Positions 40,236 through 52,191 of a DNA stretch of 64,000 nucleotides are shown piece by piece. Position 1 is the stretch's first letter. Each line of letters starts with the position of its first letter. A program made the position numbers and the translations under genes. This DNA comes from Somniosus microcephalus (taxonomy: Eukaryota): the NCBI GenBank assembly GCA_052327205.1, contig CM126204.1, positions 322,462,001 to 322,526,000 on the forward strand. The letters run 5' to 3'. The notes below the pieces were generated by a model. The model saw only the letters and a list, made by a program, of their open reading frames with translations. It ran no database searches and had not been told where the DNA came from.

Positions 40236-43200
40236 GTGGTATAAGGTAGTGGGATTTAGCTGTGTAAATACCAGGAGTTGACTTACAGACAGTAGTTTCC
40301 TGGGATTCAAACTAAAGTAGTGGTAGATAAAAGCAACTATTAATATATCCCAACTATATTGCATGAATAGCAATTTAATATATTTACTTTAGCTCCTCTG
40401 AAGTATTTGATTCCCACGTAGAGTTGATGCTAAGGCCTCCTGATATTTAGATCAGTATCAGCTAGTTATGTGGTGCTGGGTGGAGTACTGCACTATGTCT
40501 TTAGCTTGAGATTGGCACGGTGATGAGTTACTATACCTATGGATTCATACAATGCTCTAAGTCCTAACAGAGCAGAACACAAACAAAAACACAGCAGCTT
40601 TTCTTTTTGTAAACTTTCATAGTGTTTATGAAAAACACAGGAACCGCACTTAGAAAACAGCGGCTATGAAGAGAAAAAGCTTCCACGTAGATTTTTTTCC
40701 TCCAAAGGACAATATACGGCCATAGCAGAGGTAAAAAATGTCACTTGCCAATGAGCCTGGCGCTGGTTACTTGCAAGCTTTGGCTGAACTGAAAAATAAA
40801 ACAACTCACCAGCTTGTATTTATTTTAACTTTACTGTGCTTATCCAGCCATCTCCAGTCCATTATTGCTTTTGCTGCTTTTTCTTCGCTTCATCTGAACC
40901 ACTATTGAATCAGTGGATCTTTTTGGAGCTGTTCTCTACCTTCACTGACTGGCTCATCGCCTATACCAAAATTGCATTTTATTCCATTTTTAAGGATTGA
41001 TTTCTCCTGGTGAAAGACCAATTAATAATTTTTGGGCTAAGTGAAAAGCTAATTTAGAGAGTCTCAAAAAATTGTCTTGCTCACGAATCAGCAACTAACT
41101 TTTAAAAAAGTAACAATTTAAATGCTTTCTCCACCACTGAGGTGCAAATCCGTTTATTTATTTCTGTACATTTATGGTGATTTGCTGTATATGTTATTGA
41201 TGTAAGCTTTTTGTGTTTGCTTTAGTCAGGAAAGAAAAGTCTGTTTAGGTGCTTCTGCTCAAAGCAATTTTTACTCTCTTCACAAAACAAAATGACCCTT
41301 TATCCCTCTATTCACTAAGAGAATCCAAGAGGACCTTTACCTCATTTTGTATTCTTTTCAAATTTTTTTCCCCTTCAATGTTCTTCCATCCTCTCAATGG
41401 GAGAAGAAATTTCAAACGAATAAAATACCCCCAAAATTGTTTTTATATTAGCACCACCTCGCAAATCAAATATTTCATTTAGAACATTTGCCAACATGTC
41501 ATTATTAGTAGATTGTAGAAGGATATCGCTTTGTTGGCCCTCTATTCCCAACCTTCAATGTGCCAAAACCAAATTCCAGGTTAGTATTACAATATCCAAT
41601 GATGGGTTTCTCCAGCCTGTCACTCCAAACTGCTAATTTTGGATGAGTTCTGGCTGTATAGCTCGGAAGATATCCAAACAAAGGTTTGTGTTCATTAAAG
41701 GTGGGCAAGAAAAGTAGTCTTTCTTTGTCAAACTGTGTTCCTGCTAGCAAATCAGAGAGGCACTAATGATTGCCACGAAGTTCACAGCCCAGTTTTTGAT
41801 GCTCTCCCAGCTGAAAGAAACTGTGTGGTTGGCATGCAGAATAGTTGGAAAGAAAATGTATTAGCACAGTGTGCCAAAAAACAGTTTTGAATGTCAGCCT
41901 TGGCTGACATTTGCCTTCAGGCTTCTTAAAGATGGCAAGTTGTCAAACTTGGTTGCGGCATCAGGTGTGGTACTAGAGGAGAAGACATGATACCTCACAC
42001 ATGGAGGACAATCAACAGGGTTTCCATCTCGGGTTTTAATCATCAACTGCTGGCCAAAGCGCAGGAGGAGATGTCTAATCACCTGCCTGTCCTTTTGAGC
42101 AGAGTCCAGGAAGTGGGGCAAGAGAAGCTACAAAGTGAAGAAAATGGGACAAAATGCATTAACATGTTTTTTTTAAACTTGAGAAAATCAAGTGCAAAAA
42201 TGTACTGTTAAAGATGTTGTTGAACATGATTATGTTTTAGATACCGTAAGCGCTACGATTTTAGTTTCTGAGAAAGGGATCAATCAGCAGTTGCGTACTT
42301 TATTCCCAACTGGGATGTAGTTTGAGTTTCAGGGCAATCCTTCATTCAAACTTGACCAAGTTAATTAATCGTCACTCTCCCAAATCAACAGATGCCAAGT
42401 GCTACGTAAAAGCATCCCCTTCATTCCACTTAAAAATTGCCTCTGCCAGCTCAAGGTGAATTGGTGTAGAAAACAGTGAGAGAAAATAAAGTTTCCCTTG
42501 GATGTAAGATAGTTTGTAAAATTAAAGTGTATTTCATGAGCAGTTCGATCACAGAACGCCACACAAATGTAAAAGGTGTGGAAAGAACAACACAGCCAGA
42601 GAAAAGACAGTTCCATTAGTATTTTCAATGGTTGCAGTCAGTTGTAAAATAAACAACTCATCAGTGATTGAGATGGAGTTTTGGAGCTGAAGACTGTTGT
42701 AACCCTACAAGTCAGCCAATATTGCTTTTGGAGCTTGCCCTGGTATATGTTTTGTGCAGCTAACTGACCTATGAATTTATTTGTTTTAGGTATTGGTGAC
42801 GGAGATTGATTTTTTGTGTCCTCCCATATTCTGTGTTAGACAATGGAAGTGTGTACTAGGATGTCATAAAAATAAACTGCAATTCATCTGAAACGGTTTC
42901 AAGATTCCTATGTCAAAATGGTTTTAGATTGCTCATTATACTGCACGTTATCCAGCTTAATTATAAATCTGTTACAATGGAGACAGCTGAAATTATTTTT
43001 TACTGAAATTAATGTATTATGTTTTCTGCTTTTAACATGTCTGTAAAGATCACTAAATGAAATAGAAAAGAAAAAGATAAAAAAGGGGAATAGAGAAACA
43101 GAAGCATGGATAAAAAAGAGCAAAAGGAGAAGAGAGATCAACAACAAAACTGAAAATATAAATTCAGAATTACATGTTCATTAAAAATGTGACCAATATT

Positions 43201-44226
43201 TACAGGGTTAAGCAATTCATGTTTAGATGTTGAGAACAATTCCAATTGTTTTGAAATGGTAAGAAAAAAAATCAGATTTTATAAAGATTGTTGTTTTTAA
43301 AAATCAGAATAGGACAATGCAGCTGCAACCACAATGTGTAATTTTTTTCTTGATGAAGCTGAGAGAGAAGTGATTCTTCTTCTCTATTCAGGACAGTCCA
43401 ATCCTGTTGGATTATGTTTTTGCGTGGAGGCTTGATGTCTCCATTTCATTATGGTGCAGTAATCTATCATGCTGTTACCGTAAGGGTGACTTTGCCCAGC
43501 TGTGTGTGGCAGACTATAGCGGTGCCACGCTGAAAAAATCAAAATGAATGGTATGGGAGAAGAGCTCTGCATCACCACTGATCTGAAGATGATAAAGACG
43601 CCCCGACATCCATCTCTTCACTGTAAATTCAGAGAGTATTTTATAATCAAGCCCCGGCAATAATAATGTGAAATTAGGTCTCTCTATCAAAGGGGAGGCC
43701 TTTTAATCATAGCTTAAAGGGTGCTGCACTGTTTATCATAATTGAACTGTATCTGAGCTAATTGTAGCCATATTTCAATGTCCTGATGCACAAGTGATGC
43801 TGTATGTTAGGCTTGTGTTTGATTGAACCAAGCCAAAGTTGAGACAATGAATGCCTTAGGTATAAAGTGGAAGTAGACATGTACTAAGTGATATAGGGGC
43901 TTTCGATCTTTCCATTAGTGGCAAGGATTCCTTTCAGAACAATCTTGCTTCTTTTTAACCCCTTGAGCACAGAGCTTGTGTTTTTTTTCAATGTTTCTCA
44001 CAGACAGGCTTTTATACATTGTAAATGGCTTTGTGGCCAATGTGGTACAGGGCACAGCGGAACACATGTACTAGGGTTGCATTGAAGATCACTAACTCTT
44101 GAATACTGACTCTGAAAAAAAAATCATGTGTTTTTTGAGGGGCCAGTGAAGAGAAATACTGTGCTGTGCTTTTCTAACAAGAATGTGAAATGTAAGAAAC
44201 AATTGTCAAACCCATCTGAATCTATA

Positions 44227-45158
44227 GCCCCAATTTTGATTCGGGGCAGGAATCAGAGGTGCAGGGGTTGTTGCAGGCAGTGATCCGCCTGGTCCCCCTG
44301 AACATGCGGCCCAGGAAATTGTAACTCCCGGGCGTCATTTAAATGCCCCTACAGTGACTCCCGCCTGAAGGCGGTGGTACGATGACAACATCAGGCAGGA
44401 GTGGAAATTCATTGGGTGAGGGGGGGGGGGGCGCGGTCAGGCAGCTGGCAGGAGCTCACGGACAAGGTCCCCGGCAAGGTAAGTGAGAAATGGGGAACAA
44501 AGGATGGAACATAGGAACTGGGGTAGGCCATTGAGCTCCTTGAGCCTGTTATGTCATTCAATTAGATCAGATCTGTAACTTAACTCCATCTAACCGACTT
44601 GGTTCCGTAGCCTTTAATATCCTCGCCTAATAAAATTCTATCAATTTGAGTTTTGAAATTTTCAATTGACCTAGCCTCAACAGCTTTTTGGGATCAGTAA
44701 AGTTCATGATTGGGGTGAGACGTGGAGTGGGGGAGCCCAGAGCAGTAGAGGCCCAAGCTCTCTTTGTGGGGTCAGGAGAAGCCAAAAAGGAACCTTTAAA
44801 AAGTTTTTAAAAAATCACTTACCTGAGCCTTCTGCACCAGGACGCTGCCTACCGCCGGCTTTCGCTGGCAGGCCAGAGACTGTGCGGCCCTTAGTCAGCC
44901 TGCCGTTAAAATGGCGTGCGTGCCCCAATGATATCATCAGGGCATGACTTTGCCATTTAAATTAGGCCCCCACTTCTCTGGGGCGAGCGGCCTTGTCATG
45001 CCTAGTTTCAGGCAAATTAAAATGGTAGGGAGTTGCAACGTGGCGCAAATCCCATCTGCCATTTTAACCTCCTCCCACCTGCAACGTTCCTACCGAGCCG
45101 GCGGGGGGGGGGGGGTGGGGGGGGGCAGGAGAGGGTGAAGAGGGGTTTAAAACACCCC
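44227..45158. mobile_element. GC-rich Harbinger-type MITE with nested CR1 tail
   Basis: Degenerate ends, internal catttaaat motifs, donors aaggtaagt (+) and acttacctg (-); ends uncertain. Confidence 0.55.
44507..44692 (-). mobile_element. CR1 3' tail nested in a MITE
   Basis: gaacataggaactggggtaggccatt...gagcctgtt...attcaattagatca...cctagcctcaacagctttttggg. Confidence 0.8.
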
Positions 45159-45736
45159 TTCAAATTACGGATCTGTGTCAGGTTGTGCTCTACCTGCATT
45201 GAAACTATTACAGTACATTTAAGTACCAAAATATTCATTTAGAAGAAACATATTTTATGAAATAAAAGGACTGACATTTCTCTGCATTTTCATTTTATGA
45301 ATTAGTATAACCCCATGTTCTTGTGCTATGTGTGGGGTTATATAAATACTCTCTTGCACCACTCTCATTTGGTAAGATCTAATATAGAGTCAGTCAATAT
45401 TTTCCCTTCCACTAAAGCAGTAGTCCACCATAGCAAAGGAAACAAATTGTGCTTCTACCAATTCAGAGTGAGGCCTGTAAAATGCAGTTGTGCAAAAATG
45501 CTTAAGCTCCCACCTGTGGTAGAAAACATAGTCTGCACAAATGGAACAAGTTGTTGTTGGGAGAGATTTACAATCTGACAATCTACAGAGAAACAATTGC
45601 CCTCTAATTGATCTCAGGATGTGGTAGCTCTCAATTCATCTAAGGATGTGCCATTTACAAAATTTAGACTGTGGGCTTTTAAAGTGACCGCCTAGGTTAC
45701 ACGCAGCTGCATTTTAGCAGCAGAATAGTACATAAT

Positions 45737-48350
45737 GACCCGGAATTTGCGGTCCGGAAAGTGGCGAACTAGCAGCGTTCGCCGTCATTCCACCTCTGAA
45801 ACTGACCTGCAGGCGCATGTGGAAATCCTGAAGTTGCAGTCTGTCATTCAGTGCTGTGATGCAGGCTGCGCTGTGCCTCTCTCTCCCCCCACCCCCCCCC
45901 AACCGAGCCAGCATTCACTGATATCACTCAAATCATGGACACGGACAAAAACTTTGGCTCTTCTGCAGTAATTACGCTGTTAAATTCCCCACTAAAAGTT
46001 AGACCCAAAGAGATTAGGTGTAACAACAACAACTTGTATTCATATAACGCCTTTAACATAGTAAAACGTCCCAGGATGCATCACAGGAGTGTTGTAAGAC
46101 AAAAATTTGACACCGATCCACATAAGGAGAAATTAGGGCAGGTGACCAAAATCCTGGTCAAAGAGGTAGGTTTTAAGGAGTGTCTTAAAGGAGGAAAGAG
46201 ACGGTAGAGAGGCAGAGAAGTTTAGGGAGGGAATTCCAGAGCTTAGGGCCTAGGCAACTGAAGGCACGGCCACCAATGGTTGAGCGATTATAATCAGGGA
46301 TGCTCAAGAGGGCAGAATTAGAGGAGCGCAGATAACTTGGCGGGTTGTGGGGCTGGAAGAGATTACACATATAGGGAGGGGTGAGGCCATAGAGAGATTG
46401 GAAAACAAGGATGAGAGTTTTGAAATCGAGGCGTTGCTTAACCGGGAGCCAATGTAGGTCAGCAAGCACTGGGGTGATGGGTGAACGGGGCTTGGTGCGA
46501 GTTAGGACACGGGCAGCCATGTTTTGGATGACCTCAAGTTTACATAGGATAGAACATGGGAGGCCAGCCAGGAGTGCATTGGAATAGTCAAGTCTACAGA
46601 TAACAAAGGCATGGATGAGGGTTTAGCCATCGGATGAGATGAGCCAGGGGCAGAGACGCGTGATGTTACGAAGGTGGAAATAGACGTTCTTAGTTATACC
46701 ATGGTTGTGTGGTCAGAAGCTCATTTCAGGGTCAAATATGACACCAAGGTTGCGAACAGTGTAGTTCAGCCTCAGACAGATGCTGGGAAAGGGATGGAGT
46801 CAAGGGATAGGGAACGGAGTTTGTGGTGGGGACCGAAAACAATGGCTTCGATCTTCCCAATATATAATTGGAGAAAATTTCTGCTCATCCAGAACTGGAT
46901 GTCGGACCAGCAGTCTGACAATTTAGAGACCATGGCAGGGTCGAGAGAAGTGGTAGTGAGGTAGAGCTGGATGTTGTCAGCGTACATGCAGAAACTGACG
47001 CTGTGTTTTCGGATGATGTTGCCAAGGGGCAGCAAGAGAAATAGGACGGGGCCAAGGGTAGATCCTTGGGAGACACCAGAGTTAACAATGCGGGAGCAGG
47101 AAGAGAAGGTGAGTCTCCGGCTATGATTAGATAGATAAGAATGGAACCAGGCGAGTGCAGTCCCACCCAGCTGGACGACGGTGGAGAGGCGTTGGAGAAG
47201 GATGGAATGGTCAACTGTGTCAAAGGTTGCAGACAGGTCAAGAATGACGAGGAGGGATAGTTTACCTTTGTCGCAGTCACAAAGGATGTCATTTGTGACT
47301 TTGACGAGAGCCGTTTCTGTACTGTGACGGGGCGGAAACCTGATTGGAGGGATTCAAACATGGAGTTGCGGGAAAGATGGGCACGGATTTGGGAGGCGAC
47401 AACACGTTCAAGGACTTGAGAGGAAAGGGAGGTTGCAGATGAGGCAGTACTTTTGGGTTGGGTTTTTGAGAAGAGGGGTGATGACAGCAGATTTGAAGGA
47501 GTGGGAGACAATACCCGAGGAGAGAACCGTTAACAATGTCAGCTAACATAGGAGCCAGAAAAGTAAGTTGGATGGTCAGCAGTTTGGTGGGAATAGGTTC
47601 AAGGGAGCAGGAAGTGGGTCTCATTGACAAGATGAGCTCGGAGAGGTCATGAGGGGAGAGTGGAGAGAAACTGGAGAAAGATGCGAATTCAGGGCTAAGG
47701 CAGGGGGGAACCTTAGAGAAAGTTTAGCCCGGTGGACTAGGGGAAGGAAGGGAAGTGGCAGAGGCAGCTGAACGTATGGTCTCAATCTTAGAGACAAAGA
47801 AGTCCATGAGCTCTTCGCACTTGTTGAAGGTGAAGGTGGAGGAGACGGTTAGCAGTAGAGAATAAAAACCGGGGGTTATCTTTGCATTCCAGAAGGATTC
47901 TGGAATAGTAGCTGGGGTTTTAACAGCGTATTGACTGCTAAACAAAGGTTATGGGCCTGTAAAACTAATTTTAATTTTGTCCCGTGACAAATTTATCCAT
48001 TTTAATATATTTTAAAGTTTGTTCATCTTTATTTCAGGTTTGCCGTTTCCCCATGTGAGAGCCCCACTCTTTGTTTTGTTCTAACATTTTTATAAAGTTA
48101 GAATTTTAAAAGCATACTCACTTCGTTGTTCGCTGTCTGTGAGAATTCTGCATTTTGATTGGCTGCTTAGACAACTTGTTGATGTCACAGCAGCGCGCAC
48201 TAGGGGATCCCCACAATACTCCGTTGATTTGAATTACGTGTCGGAAAACCCGAACTTCTCGACACAAAGATAGTGGGGTCTTTGTGCGAAGCTTACTTCG
48301 GCACCAGCAGTAAACACCTTTGCTTTGCCGCTGAGCGCAAATTCCAGGCC
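45737..48350. mobile_element. Harbinger-type MITE (family A) split by an L2
   Basis: aat|gacccggaatttgcg ... cgcaaattccaggcc|aat (AAT TSD); halves are collinear with the reverse complement of 6027-6769. Confidence 0.8.
46022..47912 (-). mobile_element. L2 LINE, 5'-truncated
   Basis: LPLGNIIRKHSVSFCMYADNIQLY, AARVLTRTKPRSPITPVLADLHWLPV; (aac)n tail at 46022. Confidence 0.95.
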
Positions 48351-48970
48351 AATGCATTACATGGATAAATACTCCTGTCCTTAGAAAATACTGCCGCCTT
48401 CAACTTACTTTGTGCAATGTCATAGGAGATGATTGCATTGTGCAGAAAATGAGCATGTTCCACCTACAAATATTTTAAGATTTTTGCCATGGAACTGTTG
48501 TCTGGTGGCTGAAGTGAAAACAGCAGAGGCTCACTCCAGTACTTTCTTAGCCCACTAAAACACAAGGGCGTGCTTGCACTCAACTTCTCATGCCGGGCAA
48601 GATGTAATTTTCCCCTGTCCTCTTGCGCTTCTAGCTCTTTGTAAATTGAAATGTGCCCAATACCCACAAGTGAATTCTTCACCAAAGCAATTTTAAATCC
48701 TACCCTAAATTGTTGGTCAAGATTTAACAGAATAAGGCATTACTGTTTACTTTGAGATAGACTTCTATAACTCTCTTGTACTTGCAGTGACCAATAGTTA
48801 TAGTTCTTCACTCTGTGAAATGTACCGTCACCAGTGGGGAAACTTATATTTAAGGCCACTAAACTGAAACCTTATTATCTGTAAAAGTAACAGGATATAA
48901 TGAGGATTAATGTGTCATTGCAGTGGGTGATTTGCAATAGCATTATTAACGCTTTGAGTAGAGAGACTCG

Positions 48971-49663
48971 GGGAGGAGGGGAAATTCAGTTGATTTGCTC
49001 CTCCTGTTCACACCCTAAAGCAACTAGCGCCCGGGCACGGCGCCGCTAACGCTTCCCGCGAAATTCAGCGGGAGGTCAGTGGCGGCTGTAATCGTTAGCG
49101 CCAGCGGTAACCGTTAGCGCCCTGAGGCGCTGTGCCTCCGGTGATGACATCATTGCCGTGCGTAGTGCCCCGGCCGCAATCTTCGGTAGCGCCCCGACTT
49201 ACCACCGGACGCTATGTCCAACGGGGTCAGGGGGGCCTACCTGCGGCCGGGGTGGCGCAAATTAAAGGGGACGTGCCGGGAGGCCATTTTTGTTGCTGGC
49301 CGCCTGCCAGCTCCTGCCCCCGTTGCTGTCCCCGGCCTCCTGTGAAGCTCCCCCGTGGGCTGCCGGCTGCGCTCCATGCCAGCACTCCGATCCCTGGTGG
49401 TCCAGCTGGACCCCGGGTCTCGCTGCGCAAGGCCCCTCCCCTTTAATAAGGGGAGGAAGGCCTGCAGTACTGCGGCACGACGTGCCGCAGTGCCACTCGT
49501 AGCGCCTCAAGAGGGAGGCGGGGCGCTTCCAGTAGCGCCCTGCCTCCCTCTTGGGACTCGACCAGTGAATTTCGGGCGCGGGAGTGCTAACCTTTTCGGG
49601 CGCTAAAAGTAGCATCCTGGCGAAGTTAGCGCCCCAAAGGGGGTGCGACCCAATTTTGCCCCC
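48971..49663. mobile_element. GC-rich Harbinger-type MITE (family C), inverted relative to 39454-40143
   Basis: ggcccctcccctttaataaggggaggaaggcctgcagtac is nearly the reverse complement of 39670-39710; ends ggggaaatt / aattttgccccc; tcg on both flanks; left end uncertain by a few bp. Confidence 0.8.
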
Positions 49664-49781
49664 TCGAACTTTAAAAATGAAAGAGACAGCTAACTTTAAA
49701 ATATGCACATTCATTGTTTAAATCACATTAACAACAGGAGAAAAGGATTTTCTGTACATTATGAAAGCTGAAAAAAATATA

Positions 49782-50692
49782 GGGTTAGAGTTTCCGCTCG
49801 GTTGCGCTGGTTTTTTGTGTGCAATTCGCCCGAAATCGGTGTAACCCACGCAAAAGATCACAAAATTTTAAGCGTAAATTACGTTCAGCACAAATTGAGT
49901 TTCCTCGATCTATTGTGGTAGTTTTATAAACATTGCACTAGAAGCTGGCCCCACCCACAAAAAGCCATGCCCCCAGGATGAATTAATCACCATTGGGAGT
50001 TTCCGCTAATTGCGCTCGTTTCCAGGCCTTCGAGGAGGCTCTAAAATTTAAACTGGTTCGTTTGGACACAAGGACAGTAACAGGCACGTTTTAAAAGCTT
50101 CTGATTGTATTTTTGTAAATTTACTAAGAAACTGACTACTGTTAGAACAAGAAGTATTTATATAGTGCCTTTAACGTAGTAAAACGTCCCAAGGCGCGTC
50201 ACAGGAGTGTTAGAAGACAAAAAAATTGACACCGAGACACATAAAAAATTAGGGCCAAAAGCTTGGTGAAAGAGGTAGGTTTTAAGGAGCATCTTAAACG
50301 AGGAAATAGAGGTAGAGAGGCGGAGAGGTTTAGGGAGGGAGTTCCAGAGCTTATGGTTCTGTATATATTTTTTTTAAAGTCATTTTCAGTAATTAAAATC
50401 GGTTTACTCACAGTTGGTGGATTGACACTGATTAAAAATGCTTATTTTGTAATACATTAATTTTTAATTGTATTAATCAAATTGCACCAAGTTAGCACTC
50501 TTAAATATACAGTATCAAGGAATATTTTTAAAGCAAATTATGTTTTAAAACTCTGTCCAATTGTGCAGGTACAGGGGGGATTTTGCATTTAGCGATTTGC
50601 AAATGAATTAAGACACTTTTCAAAACGGGCGCAATTTTGGGTGCAATTTACGTCTGGATCACCGATTGCGCCCAAAGCGGAAACTCTACCCC
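49782..50692. mobile_element. Harbinger-type MITE (family B) with nested L2 tail
   Basis: TIRs gggttagagtttccgct / agcggaaactctacccc; inverted homolog of 9682-10357. Confidence 0.8.
50143..50352 (-). mobile_element. L2 3' tail nested in a MITE
   Basis: gtatttatatagtgcctttaacgtagtaaaacgtcccaagg...agggagggagttccagagctta. Confidence 0.88.
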
Positions 50693-51139
50693 AGAATATT
50701 TACTGTTCTATGTTCAAGTAACCACACCAAATAATCACTTAATAAACTTGCAATGATTACACACAGCACGACTGTTAATCGTTGAGCAGTGGTTGCCAAC
50801 TATTTGTAGCATTTTTGCTTTGATGTTTGGCAAGACATATAAAAACATAATAAAACTCCCTCTGCTAACTCCATTGCAAAGATTATTAAATAAAACCACA
50901 GATAAATATATAATGGGTCTCACAGACCCTTTTAATTTAAATAAAGATACTCTTGTCTGGGATCATATCCAGACCTCAAAACCAAAATGACTGGGGCTGG
51001 AAGCGCCAGTCCCATACCATTATAGTTTTCTGGGAAGTGAGATTCTGGTGCCAGTAGTTTGTCTCTTTCCAGTGGCCAGTACTCCTAGCTGGCTGCTAAA
51101 TTGCATTCCCTACACTGCCCAGCAGAAGATCAATTGTAA

Positions 51140-51243
51140 TAGAAATAAAAACAGAAAATGCTGGAAATACTCAACAGGTCAGGCAGCATCTGTGGATAGA
51201 GAAATAGAGTTAACGTTTAAGGTCGATGTCCTTTCGTCAGAAG
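51140..51243 (-). mobile_element. Penelope-like pseudo-LTR fragment with a damaged hammerhead motif
   Basis: aaaacagaaaatgctggaaatactca.caggtcaggcagcatctgtgga; minus strand CTGACGA-aagg-acatcga-cct-TAAAC (GAAA mutated). Confidence 0.65.
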
Positions 51244-51357
51244 TGTAATAGAAACATGGCTGTTGCATGGGGTGCTCTGGGAGCCAACCATCTGTAAAGC
51301 TCTCCCCAGTAACAAGGTGTAGGATAGAGAGTACCTGTAGGATTTAGTAAACATTAA

Positions 51358-52183
51358 GGTCTGGATTTTGTCAGCCCCAAGGAGGTGGGTATGGAGACGG
51401 GACTGCCGGGAAAGTTGTATAATTTGGGGGCGGGTGGCAAACCCGCCTCCGTGCCCTCTTGCCAAGAAGCGGGGAGCCGTCCTGCCCCGGGTCCCGTCTC
51501 CTCAAGGCGGGAAAAGGATTAAAGCCTATTAACTGCCTGTTAACAAGTAGTTAACAGGCAGAAAATAGGATTACTCCCATTTTACCTTCCCAAGTGCAGG
51601 CTTCCCGACCTCGGGGAACCCCGCCAGTGTGGAGGAGACGAGTAGGAGGTCTGCGGGGGTCGAAGGGGTCTGAAAGTGCGATGTAGAGGCGAGTGATGGG
51701 TGCAAGTGTGGAGTGGTAAGTATATAAGGTGAGTGTTAGAAAATGTTCACTTACCTTTGTTTCTGCCTACAACCTTCAGCCGCTGGGGAGCCAGAGTCCC
51801 CGACATCTCCATTGTAGATTTCACAGACTGGCTGTTGGATCCTCCGAACCAACAGCCAGGTGATTTCTACAAAGTTGAAAGGTTTGATGAGTCCTGAACA
51901 CAGGACTCATCAAACTACACAGAATGTCAGTGTTTGACAGCTTCACAGAGCTGTCAAACGCTGACATTTCTTCTTTCAAAAAATCTTGACAGATGGCACG
52001 TCATATGTTGACGTGCTCTGTCAGTGACTTCCCCCTAATTGGCCTGCTGAGCCCTCTGGGCGAGCTTAACAAGGTCAATCAGGGGACAATCCCTCTGGTT
52101 GGCCAGAAGCTGATGGAGGCGGGATTGCAAGCCGGCAAGCAGCAGTCCCGCCTCCAAAAGCTTCCCGTTGACAAAATCCAGCC
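51358..52183. mobile_element. PIF/Harbinger-type MITE with an internal hairpin array
   Basis: taa|ggtctggattttgtca ... tgacaaaatccagcc|taa; TAA is the canonical PIF/Harbinger TSD. Confidence 0.85.
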
Positions 52184-52191
52184 TAAGATTT

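Noticed and set aside
51882-51915. TGATGAGTCC...GGAC resembling a classic hammerhead stem II
   Set aside because: It starts UUGAUGA rather than CUGAUGA and has no GAAA after the stem; it is simply a perfect palindrome.
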